Shown: piece by piece, positions 9,768 through 18,068 of the stretch | How positions within the stretch are numbered: the first letter of the stretch is position 1 | Layout: every line of letters starts with the position of its first letter | Source of the DNA: Gammaproteobacteria bacterium | GTDB taxonomy: Bacteria > Pseudomonadota > Gammaproteobacteria > Steroidobacterales > Foliamicaceae | Length of the DNA stretch: 64,000 nucleotides | NCBI GenBank assembly: GCA_965200225.1 | Contig: CBDATM010000001.1 | Span: 1,819,860 to 1,883,859 of the forward strand | Reading direction: 5' to 3' | The notes under the pieces: generated by a model | Databases searched by the model: none | Told to the model about the DNA's origin: nothing | The model's input: the letters and a program-made list of their open reading frames with translations, nothing else | Translations under genes and position numbers: made by a program

Positions 9768-11044
9768 GGCGCCAGGCAGGCGGCGTTCAGTTCGGCGCGC
9801 GTGGGGCGTGTTTCCGCTGTCTGGCCACGGACCACCGAATCAATGGCGCGGGTGAACAGGTTGGGAAGCAGCGCATCGTCCCATTCGGGGCCGCTCTTTC
9901 CGGTGCGCAGGATCACCAGTTCCCGCGACGGAATCATGTAGAGCCGCTGATCACCGGCGCCGTCAAGGAAGAACACGTCGTCGGCCACGAACGGTTCCGA
10001 GTGCAGGTTGCCCATGAATTCTATGTTCGGATCGTACTTGCGCAGGCGCTCATGGGAGGTTCCCAGCCACAACTGCATGCCGTAGTTCTCATTAGCCGCC
10101 GATGGCGCGGTCATTTCGTCCACCCAGCCTGCCGGAATCACCTGGGCGCCCGCGTAGCAGCCGTCCTGCATCAGGGTCTGGCCGATTCGCGCCCAGTCCT
10201 CGATCGCGGTCCACATGCAGCAGTCGGTGTGGACCATGCCGTCGGCGCGGTCCAGCAGCAGCCAGCCGTCGCGCAGCCCCAGTGGCGCCCATAGCTTCTC
10301 GGAAAGGTAATCGGAGAAGCGCATGCCGATCGCCCGCTCCACCACGATGCCGGCCACCTGGCTGTTGGGATTGGCGTGCGAGAACGCCGTCCCCGGAGGC
10401 GCGTAGATTCCAACGTCGAGGTTGGCGGCAACGATATCGGTTCCCATGGTGCGCGCCAGCCGCGCCGAGCCCGGATAGAAGGCGAAGGTCTCCTCCAGGC
10501 CCCCGGCCATGTTGAGGAGGTCGCGAACGGTGATGCCGCGCCGTTCGTCGGTGTCCCATTCCGGGAGGAAATCCGAGGCTGGCTGATCGACCGACTGCAT
10601 GTGGCCGTCGGCGATGGCGTGGCCCACCAGTATCGAAGTGAGGACCTTGGTGAGCGAATGGGTACTGAACTCCGACTCGGGGGCCTGGTCGTTGAAGTAA
10701 CTGGCATGGGCCAGTCGCCCCTTGTAGAGCACCACCAGCGAATCGCTTCTCTGCTGCTCGGCCCAGAGGGCGGCTTCCCGGTATACGGCCGCGTCAATCG
10801 GGTTTTCCTGCTCGGGCCAGACCTCCAGCGGCTTGAAGCCGCCGCCGGACACAAGCTCCTGCGGGTCGTACCAGGCGCGCGTGGGGCTCATGGGATTGCC
10901 GGACAGCGAGATGACGTAGCGCTTGGCGTAGATTCCGTACCAGCCGAGCCGCGAAGGCAGATACACCAGCACGCCGATCACGGCGATAACGATCAATGTC
11001 CACTTTCCGGTGGCGGCAAGTCCTCTGAGTATGCGCTTGAACAT
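9764..11044 (-). CDS. beta-lactamase-family serine hydrolase, membrane anchored (paralogue C)
   Basis: SxxK motif SLTK; N-terminal hydrophobic helix WTLIVIAVIGVLVYL; paralogous to 11507..12784 and 12835..14040. Confidence 0.85.
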   Translation of the reverse strand: MFKRILRGLAATGKWTLIVIAVIGVLVYLPSRLGWYGIYAKRYVISLSGNPMSPTRAWYDPQELVSGGGFKPLEVWPEQENPIDAAVYREAALWAEQQRSDSLVVLYKGRLAHASYFNDQAPESEFSTHSLTKVLTSILVGHAIADGHMQSVDQPASDFLPEWDTDERRGITVRDLLNMAGGLEETFAFYPGSARLARTMGTDIVAANLDVGIYAPPGTAFSHANPNSQVAGIVVERAIGMRFSDYLSEKLWAPLGLRDGWLLLDRADGMVHTDCCMWTAIEDWARIGQTLMQDGCYAGAQVIPAGWVDEMTAPSAANENYGMQLWLGTSHERLRKYDPNIEFMGNLHSEPFVADDVFFLDGAGDQRLYMIPSRELVILRTGKSGPEWDDALLPNLFTRAIDSVVRGQTAETRPTRAELNAACLAP

Positions 11045-11077
11045 GGTTTCTCCTTGGGTTTTCCGTTGGCCGAACGG

Positions 11078-11374
11078 CTACTCCGCCGCGGGCTCTGCTG
11101 CGCCGTCGTCGGTGGGCCGGCCGGGAAGAATGCCTCCGTAGAGCACGGCCCCGCCGGTTTCCATCATCATGAACGAGATCATGGGGAGGCGGTCCCGGTG
11201 GGGCACCGGTTCGGGAATGAGCATGGTATTGCCCGGCAGATAGCCGTTCGGGTTGGCGAGCCAGTCATCCACGCGGTCGGGCGTCCACGCGAATTCGGCG
11301 GTCTTGAGCGTGTCTGAATAGTTGAACTCTTCCCTGGAACCTGCGGTTCGCCCGATAACGCCCCATGTCCTCAC
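11078..11374 (-). pseudogene. class I cytochrome c relic lacking the CXXCH heme site
   Basis: TWGVIGRTAGSREEFNYSDTLKTAEFAWTPDRVDDWLANPNGYLPGNTM aligns by eye with cytochrome c ([25 protein letters not shown]...[22 protein letters not shown]); no CXXCH or signal peptide in any upstream frame. Confidence 0.6.
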
Positions 11375-11450
11375 AGCGCTTCATGTTTCTTCACGGGGCA
11401 CCCTGTTTTTCGCGGCGCTTCATACTTTTTCGCGGCGCTTCATGTTTCTC
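11372..11450. repeat. local ~20-bp duplications upstream of the cytochrome c relic
   Basis: cgcggcgcttcatacttttt (11411-30) and cgcggcgcttcatgtttctc (11431-50) in tandem; gcgcttcatgtttct repeated again at 11376-90. Confidence 0.7.
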
Positions 11451-11506
11451 GGCCATGCAATTCATCGGCCACCCTGCTATCGGCTGCCCCCGGGTCCCCA
11501 TACAGA

Positions 11507-12784
11507 TTAACGGATTCCACGAATGATGGCGTTCGGAATGAAAGCCTCGTCGAAGCCCTTGCCGGGCGGCGGCGGGTAGCCCATGCGCAGCACGATGAGG
11601 TCCAGCGCTGGGCTGATCCAGACCCTTACCTTGCCGCCGCCGTCCAGGTAGAAAAGGTCATCGGCCGCGAACGGTTCCGAGTGATAATTGGCAAACCTTA
11701 CCGGCATGCCGGGGTAGTAGGGGCGCCGCTCCACGTAAACCGCGTCGGTCCAGATCTGAAAGCCGTAGTTCGGGTTGGGTTCGGAACCGGTGAGCATCTC
11801 GTCCACCCAGCCATCCGGCAAGAGCTGCGTGCCGTCGGGTAGTCGCCCGCCGTTCATCAGCAGGTGGGCGACCCGCATCCAGTCGGCCGGCGCCGAAAGG
11901 AAACAGCAATACGAGATGACATTGCCGTCAACGCCGTCCAGGCGCATGGCGCCCCGTTGCGCGCCCATGGGACGCCAGAGCTTTTCTCCGAGGTAATGCG
12001 CGAAGTTCCTGCCGGTGGCGCGGTGGATGATCATGCCGGCAAGCTGCGTGTTGGGGTTGTTGTGGGCGAAGGTCTTGCCGGGTTCCTCCGCCAGCTCGAA
12101 CGAAAGCACCGTGCCGTAGATGTCGCTGCCCTCCACAAGCTGCACACTCTTCGAGCAGGGCTGCGGAGTTTGACGGATATCACCGAAGGGCGGTTCCAGC
12201 CCGGTGGTGTTATGGAGCACCTGGCGAACGGTAATCTGCCCGCGCGGGTCGCCTTTCCACTCGTGGATGTATTTCTCCACCGGGTCATCCAGGCTGTGGA
12301 TGTCGCCGTCGGCCAGGGCAAAGCCGGCGACGATTCCATGAAGGGTCTTTACCCAGGAATGGGAACTGATGGGCGAACTTTCGTGAAAGCCCTCCATGAA
12401 CGCGGTGTGACGGATCTTCCCGCGGTGATAGACCATAAAGGCCTGAGTCTCGCGCTCCATGGCGTAATCGGAGGCAGCGGCGATTGCCGCCGGGTCGATC
12501 GTCGCTGGCTCGTCCGGGTCGGCGCTGGGGAAAAACGGCTGTCCAACGCCGCCGTCGACCAGGATCATGGGGTTGTACCAGGTCTGCGGCTGGCGGAACG
12601 CGGTCTGGTCGGGCTGGTCGCGCCAGCGGCGCCAGAAATGAAAATCCTGCGCTTCCACTTCGTTGACCCAGTCCACCCGGGCCTGGATTTCCTCGGCCGT
12701 CATTTGCGTGTTCGGCTGGCCCTGGGCCGCCGCCGCGGCGACAGCCAGCAGCACCGCGGCCGCGAATGGATGTGCTGTCTTCAT
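11507..12784 (-). CDS. beta-lactamase-family serine hydrolase, secreted (paralogue B)
   Basis: Start ATG 12784 with AGGAGA RBS; signal peptide MKTAHPFAAAVLLAVAAAAAQG; SxxK motif SWVK. Confidence 0.85.
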   Translation of the reverse strand: MKTAHPFAAAVLLAVAAAAAQGQPNTQMTAEEIQARVDWVNEVEAQDFHFWRRWRDQPDQTAFRQPQTWYNPMILVDGGVGQPFFPSADPDEPATIDPAAIAAASDYAMERETQAFMVYHRGKIRHTAFMEGFHESSPISSHSWVKTLHGIVAGFALADGDIHSLDDPVEKYIHEWKGDPRGQITVRQVLHNTTGLEPPFGDIRQTPQPCSKSVQLVEGSDIYGTVLSFELAEEPGKTFAHNNPNTQLAGMIIHRATGRNFAHYLGEKLWRPMGAQRGAMRLDGVDGNVISYCCFLSAPADWMRVAHLLMNGGRLPDGTQLLPDGWVDEMLTGSEPNPNYGFQIWTDAVYVERRPYYPGMPVRFANYHSEPFAADDLFYLDGGGKVRVWISPALDLIVLRMGYPPPPGKGFDEAFIPNAIIRGIR

Positions 12785-12834
12785 GGCGTGGTGTTCTCCT
12801 AAATGACAGTGGCAGTTATTCGCCGGACAGCCCA

Positions 12835-14040
12835 CTAGCGAAGTCCGGCAAGCAGGAGATTGGGGAGGCGCGCGTCGTCCCAATCCATGGCCAGCGAACC
12901 GGTGCGGACGATCACCATGTCCGCGCTGGGAATGATATAGACGCGCTGGCCGCCGAAGCCGTCGAAATAGACCACGTCACTGGCAGCGAAGGGTTCGGAA
13001 TGGTAGGCGCGCAGAGACGCTTTGGAGTTGTAGCGGCGCTGTTCCACATGCTCGTTGCCCAGCCAGGTGAGAAAGCCGTAGTTGGGATTGGTGGGCGCAG
13101 GCTTGCGGATCTCGTCGATCCATTCTTCCGGCACTACGCGCGCGCCGTTGGCGACGCCCTTGTTCAAGTGCAGCAAGCCCAGGCGCAGCCAGCCGCGCGC
13201 GGTAAGGTCGAGGCAGCAATAGCTGCGGGCCATGCCACCTTCGCGATCCATCTGCACCCAGGCGTCGCCGCCGCGCAGGGGTTTCCACAGCGCCTCGTCA
13301 AAATACTCGGCGTAGGGCTTGCCGGTGGCGTTTTCGATCGCCATGCCCAGTGCCAGGGGATTGATGCTGTTGTACTCGAAATTCGTGACCGGCGGTTCCA
13401 CCGCCAGCTGCGCCAGGGTGATCGGCCGCATGTCCTGGCCGATCAGCAAGCCCATCATCGGCCCCAGGCTGCCGAAGGCGAAGGTGGGAAAGTCGATGCC
13501 GCTGCTCTGCCAGAGCGCCTGCCGCAGGGTAATCGCCGAACGCTCGTCGCCGGCCCACTCCGGCAGGTAGAGGCTCACCGGATCGTCAACCGATGCGATA
13601 TGTCCGTCGGCAATGGCGACGCCAACCAGAAGGGCGAGCGCCGACTTGTGCATGGACTGGGTTGACGTAAGCGTGGTTTCGTCCGCGCCTTCGTAATAGT
13701 GCTCAAGCTGTATGCGCCCGCTGCGCCAGACGATCAGCGCGTGGGACCCCGTCTCGGCCCCATAATCCAGCGCCGCATCCAGGCTTTCGGCCGTGAGGGC
13801 GCGCTCGCTCGGCGACGCCCTGGGAAGCGCTTGTTCCACTGTTCCCGGCGCCCGTTCCATATGGCCAGGCCGCTCGCCGGCAAACTGAGCGAAAAATCGA
13901 ACCGTCTCGACCGGCTTTGCAACAAGAAAACCGACGACGATCAGCAACACCAGGCCAACCACTCCGCCCGCCGCCCAGGCGACGGTCAACCCGAATATAC
14001 GCAGCAATCTCCTCACGAACCCGTCTTGCCCTCCAACCAA
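12835..14040 (-). CDS. beta-lactamase-family serine hydrolase, membrane anchored (paralogue A)
   Basis: SxxK motif SMHK; N-terminal helix GVVGLVLLIVVGFLVA; start TTG 14040 or GTG 14016. Confidence 0.8.
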   Translation of the reverse strand: MVGGQDGFVRRLLRIFGLTVAWAAGGVVGLVLLIVVGFLVAKPVETVRFFAQFAGERPGHMERAPGTVEQALPRASPSERALTAESLDAALDYGAETGSHALIVWRSGRIQLEHYYEGADETTLTSTQSMHKSALALLVGVAIADGHIASVDDPVSLYLPEWAGDERSAITLRQALWQSSGIDFPTFAFGSLGPMMGLLIGQDMRPITLAQLAVEPPVTNFEYNSINPLALGMAIENATGKPYAEYFDEALWKPLRGGDAWVQMDREGGMARSYCCLDLTARGWLRLGLLHLNKGVANGARVVPEEWIDEIRKPAPTNPNYGFLTWLGNEHVEQRRYNSKASLRAYHSEPFAASDVVYFDGFGGQRVYIIPSADMVIVRTGSLAMDWDDARLPNLLLAGLR

Positions 14041-14159
14041 ACCCCAATCATATGACGATCACGCCCGACTTCTGCCCCTGTGCCCTGGTTTGTGCGCCAT
14101 AGCGCACCGGAGAACCCCCAGTCCAGTCCCCTGGAGGAATACGCGGGCTAAAATTCGCG

Positions 14160-15515
14160 ATGCATGCGAATGTGCAAGGGACAATGACCGCAAGCTCATA
14201 CGCCAGCAACCCCGAAGCGCTGCGCGCCCTGGTTCGCCCGGACGCCGTGCATCGCGACCTGTACATCTCCGAGGAACTCTACGAACTGGAGCTTGAGCGC
14301 CTGTGGCGCAACACATGGGTCTACATGGGACACGACAGCCAGGTCCCCCATCCCGGCGACTTCTACACCGCCGACGTCGCCGGCTCGCCGCTGGTCATGC
14401 TGCGCGGTCGCGACCGGGAAGTGCGGGTTTTCCTCAACCGCTGCGCGCACAAGGGAACCCGGGTGGTCAGCGCCGTGCAAGGCAACTGCGGTAGCGCGCT
14501 CAGATGTCCGTATCACGGCTGGACCTACCGCCTGGACGGCAGCCTCAGGACCGTTCCCCTGAAAAGCGGCTACAAGGGCACGGGCATCTCCGAATCGGTC
14601 CACTTCCACGGGCTGCCGACGGTGCCCAACGTAGCCAATTACCGAGGCTTCGTATTTGTGCGCCTCAGCAATGAGGGACCGGACTTCCATGACTATTTTG
14701 GCGAGTCCTTGAGCTCAATCGACAACATGGCGGACCGCTCGCCGGAAGGCCGCCTGGAGATCGCTGGCGGCGTGTTGCGCTACTACCACGACTGCAACTG
14801 GAAGATGTTTGTGGAGAACCTGAACGACGCCATGCATCCGATGGTGGCCCATCAGGCCTCGGCGGGCGTGGCCAAGCGGCTGTGGGCGAAAGAGGGCGAC
14901 GATGGGACGCCGCCCATGGTGGTGCAGCAGTTCGCGCCATTCGTGAACGACTACGACTTCTTCGACAACATGGGGGTGAAGATTTACGAGAACGGCCATT
15001 CCTATACCGGCGTGAAGTTTTCGATTCATTCGAAGTACTCGGCGGTGCCGGAATACGAGCAGCAGATGATTGCGGCGTATGGCGAAGAACGCGCGCGCGC
15101 AATTCTCAGCGAGAACCGCCACAACACGGTGTACTTTCCCAGCCTCACAGTGAAAGGCGCTATCCAGTCGATTCGCGTGGCGCGGCCGCTGGCGGCCAAC
15201 AAGACGGTGCTGGAGAGCTGGACTTTCCGGCTCGCGGGCGCGCCCGAAGAACTGCTCAGGCGCACCATGACGTACTCGCGGCTGATCAACGCGCCTACTT
15301 CGATGGTAGGGCACGACGATCTGCACTGCTATAGCGAAATTCAGAAGGGACTGCACGGTGCAGGGAACCACTGGATCAGCCTGCACCGCAACTATGATGC
15401 GGCCGAACAGGAAGGCATCGCGGGCGTATACAACGGGACTAGCGAGGTATCCATGCGGGGGCAGTTTCGGGCCTGGCTGAAGTTCATGCTTCCTCATGGC
15501 GGGGTGGGTGCGTGA
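14160..15515 (+). CDS. Rieske aromatic-ring-hydroxylating oxygenase alpha subunit
   Basis: Rieske CAHKG...CPYHGW; catalytic region NWKMFVENLNDAMHPMVAH; alternative start ATG 14184. Confidence 0.9.
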   Translation: MHANVQGTMTASSYASNPEALRALVRPDAVHRDLYISEELYELELERLWRNTWVYMGHDSQVPHPGDFYTADVAGSPLVMLRGRDREVRVFLNRCAHKGTRVVSAVQGNCGSALRCPYHGWTYRLDGSLRTVPLKSGYKGTGISESVHFHGLPTVPNVANYRGFVFVRLSNEGPDFHDYFGESLSSIDNMADRSPEGRLEIAGGVLRYYHDCNWKMFVENLNDAMHPMVAHQASAGVAKRLWAKEGDDGTPPMVVQQFAPFVNDYDFFDNMGVKIYENGHSYTGVKFSIHSKYSAVPEYEQQMIAAYGEERARAILSENRHNTVYFPSLTVKGAIQSIRVARPLAANKTVLESWTFRLAGAPEELLRRTMTYSRLINAPTSMVGHDDLHCYSEIQKGLHGAGNHWISLHRNYDAAEQEGIAGVYNGTSEVSMRGQFRAWLKFMLPHGGVGA

Positions 15516-15520
15516 GCCCG

Positions 15521-15628
15521 CCTTCTCTCTGCCCCCTTGCTCGCGGGAGACGCATGAACCCATCCATGGGGCTTTGCGGCGGCATCCCTGCCGCCGAAAC
15601 TCCCGCGAGCAAGGGAGCAGAGAGAAGG
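15521..15628. repeat. hairpin element copy 3
   Basis: Arms 15521-15549 and 15600-15628 complementary 28/29; 60-nt core 15545-15604. Confidence 0.85.
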
Positions 15629-15668
15629 CTACCGCCCGCGCTTTTCCTGCGGGGTTGCCGGGCTAGAG

Positions 15669-15800
15669 GTTTTGATGCTTCCTTTGCTCTGTCCCCTTGC
15701 GCACGGGAGTTTCGGCGGCAGGGATGCCGCCGCAAAGCCCCATGGATGGGTTCATGCGTCTCCCGCGCGCAAGGGGACAGAGCAAAGGAAGCATCAAAAC
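15669..15800. repeat. hairpin element copy 4 (core inverted relative to copy 3)
   Basis: Arms 15669-15709 and 15760-15800 complementary 40/41; core 15705-15764 is the exact reverse complement of 15545-15604. Confidence 0.85.
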
Positions 15801-15834
15801 CGGCGGGATGGCACAGCGCCAGGGTTGCGCGGCA

Positions 15835-16323
15835 ATGAGCAAGAGAGGGCCGGGTAAGGGGGAGTTGCGGCGGTTCGTTTATCGGGAGGCGCGGCTGATT
15901 GACGAGAAGCGGCTGGATGAGTGGTACGAGCTTTTTGCGGAGGATGCACTGTACTGGATGCCGCTGGTGCGTGGGCAGACCGATCCGCAGAGTCATACCT
16001 CGTTGTTCTGCGAGGACAGATTCCTGCTGAAGGTTCGGATCGAGCGGTTGAAGAGTCCCGCGTCGGATCCGCAGCAGCAACCCAGCTTCTGCCAGCATGT
16101 ACTGCAGCGCCCTGAGCTTGTGGAACGAGACGACGACGCGCGCGAGTATGCGTTGCGCACGCCCTTTGTTTATTTCGAGGCGCGCCGGGATGAGCAGACC
16201 GTGCTCGGCGGCGTGGCGCACCACGATCTGCGTTGGGTCGATGGGCGGCTGAGGATCGCTGTCAAGCGCATTGAACTGTTGAACCGCGACGCGGCCTTGC
16301 CGTCCATACAGCTGTTCCTGTGA
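15835..16323 (+). CDS. ring-hydroxylating oxygenase beta subunit
   Basis: ELRRFVYREARLIDEKRLDEWYELFAEDALYWMP typical beta subunit; start ATG 15835 or 15808; upstream part of ORF 15697.. lies in the repeat. Confidence 0.8.
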   Translation: MSKRGPGKGELRRFVYREARLIDEKRLDEWYELFAEDALYWMPLVRGQTDPQSHTSLFCEDRFLLKVRIERLKSPASDPQQQPSFCQHVLQRPELVERDDDAREYALRTPFVYFEARRDEQTVLGGVAHHDLRWVDGRLRIAVKRIELLNRDAALPSIQLFL

Positions 16324-18068
16324 GCGTCGCGGCCCCGGGCATCGTGGCGCGGGCCCTTGAGGAAGCAGCGCGCCGGCATGGCCACAAGCCGTTCCTGCGG
16401 ATCACCCGGGACACCGCCCGGCGCACGGGAATCGACGCGGGCGACCTCAGTTATGCGCAAGCCTGGGAAGGCACGCGCGCGCTGATGGGCGATTTCGGCG
16501 CCATTGCCCCTGTTGCCGCTGACGGCGCTCCGCAGCGTGTGGCGCTGCTGCTGGAGAACCGCCCGGAAATGTTCCTGCACTGGCTGGCGCTGAACGCGCT
16601 GGGCATATCGGTGGCGCCGCTGAATCCGGCCTGGCGGTCCGCGGAGCTTTCCTACGCGCTGACACACAGCGAAGCGCGCCTCGTGATCGCCTTGCCGGAG
16701 CGGAAGGCCGAGTTGCAGGCGGTAGTGCGCCAGGAAGGACTGGACGCGCCGGTATGTTCGCTTGGCGAGGAGCTCCCGGAACTGCCGTCGCGGCAGGCGG
16801 AAGGACGACAGCCTAACGATCCCGCTGATCGCGAGTGCGCTTTGCTCTATACCTCGGGCACTACCGGGAAACCGAAGGGTTGCATGCTCAGCAACCGGTA
16901 TTTCACGATGATGGGAGACTGGTACCGGTCACTGGGGGGCTTGTGCGCGCTGGACGGTAGCGGCGATTGCCTGATTACGCCGCTACCCATGCACCATATG
17001 AATGCGATGGCCTGTTCGACCATGGCCATGCTGGTGAACGGCGGTTGCATCGTGCCGCTGGACCGGTTCCATCCCAGGACCTGGTGGCGCGAAGTCAGCG
17101 AATCGGGAGCGACTATCGTTCACTACCTGGGCGTGATGCCGGCCATCCTGCTCAAACTGGAGGAAAACCCGGTGGAGCGCCGGCACAGCGTGCGTTTCGG
17201 GTTCGGCGCCGGCGTAGGCATCCGCCAGCATGCGGCGTTCGAGGATCGGTTCGGGTTCCCGCTGCTGGAGGCCTGGGCAATGACCGAAACGGGCGCCGGC
17301 GCGGCGATCATCGCCAACCGTGAACCTCGCAAGCGTGGCTCCGCCTGCTTCGGTCGCCCGCTGCCGGCGGTGGAGGTGCGCATCGTTGATGACCAGGCAA
17401 ACGAGGCGAAGGCAGATCAACCGGGCGAGTTATGGGTGCGCCACGCGGGCAGCGATGCCCGCGCGGGATTCTTCTCCGGCTATTTCAAGGACCCGGCGGC
17501 CACGGAGGCTGCCTGGGAGGGCGGCTGGTTCCATACCGGCGACATCGTGGCGCGGGACGCCGATGGCGACATGCATTTCATCGACCGCAAGAGCAATCTG
17601 ATTCGCCGCAGCGGCGAGAACATTGCCGCCGTGGAGGTCGAGGGGGTGCTGGCCGGCCATGACGCCGTCGCCGAAGCGGGCGTCGTGGGCGTGCCCGACG
17701 AGATACGCGGGGATGAGGTGTTTGCCTGCATCCGGCCCAGGGGCAGGAGCGTGGGGTCGGACGAAGCGGCAGCGCTGGCGGAAGAGCCGCCGGAAGGACT
17801 GGCAGACGCGCTGCGGGAAGAACTGGCGGAGGAATTGCCGGGAAAACTGGCGGGAAAGCTGGCGGAAGAGCTGGTGCGCTACTGCCTGAAGCGGCTCGCC
17901 TACTTCAAGGCTCCCGGCTATGTCGCTTTCGTGGACGCCTTGCCGCATACCGCCACGGAAAAGCTGGACAGGGCGGCGCTGAAGGAGTTGGCCGCGGAAT
18001 TGAGGGATGGCGGGCGGTGTATTGACACCGGCTCCCTGAAACGGCCGATACCGTTGCGAGCGGCATGA
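16320..18068 (+). CDS. AMP-dependent acyl-CoA synthetase/ligase
   Basis: GTG start overlaps previous stop (GTGA); AMP-binding motif LLYTSGTTGKPKG; C-terminal FKAPGYVAFVDALPHTATEKLDR. Confidence 0.9.
   Translation: MSVAAPGIVARALEEAARRHGHKPFLRITRDTARRTGIDAGDLSYAQAWEGTRALMGDFGAIAPVAADGAPQRVALLLENRPEMFLHWLALNALGISVAPLNPAWRSAELSYALTHSEARLVIALPERKAELQAVVRQEGLDAPVCSLGEELPELPSRQAEGRQPNDPADRECALLYTSGTTGKPKGCMLSNRYFTMMGDWYRSLGGLCALDGSGDCLITPLPMHHMNAMACSTMAMLVNGGCIVPLDRFHPRTWWREVSESGATIVHYLGVMPAILLKLEENPVERRHSVRFGFGAGVGIRQHAAFEDRFGFPLLEAWAMTETGAGAAIIANREPRKRGSACFGRPLPAVEVRIVDDQANEAKADQPGELWVRHAGSDARAGFFSGYFKDPAATEAAWEGGWFHTGDIVARDADGDMHFIDRKSNLIRRSGENIAAVEVEGVLAGHDAVAEAGVVGVPDEIRGDEVFACIRPRGRSVGSDEAAALAEEPPEGLADALREELAEELPGKLAGKLAEELVRYCLKRLAYFKAPGYVAFVDALPHTATEKLDRAALKELAAELRDGGRCIDTGSLKRPIPLRAA
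17817..17876 (+). repeat. in-frame 12-bp x5 tandem repeat (EELA EELP GKLA GKLA EELV)
   Basis: gaagaactggcg/gaggaattgccg/ggaaaactggcg/ggaaagctggcg/gaagagctggtg. Confidence 0.8.

Noticed and set aside
15484-16224. ORFs spanning the hairpin elements (15484..16224 minus, 15512..15838 plus, 15672..15857 plus)
   Set aside because: Their reading frames exist only because the palindromic repeats lack stops. The peptide strings (MNPSMGL..., PHGWVHASP) recur wherever the element occurs, in either orientation.
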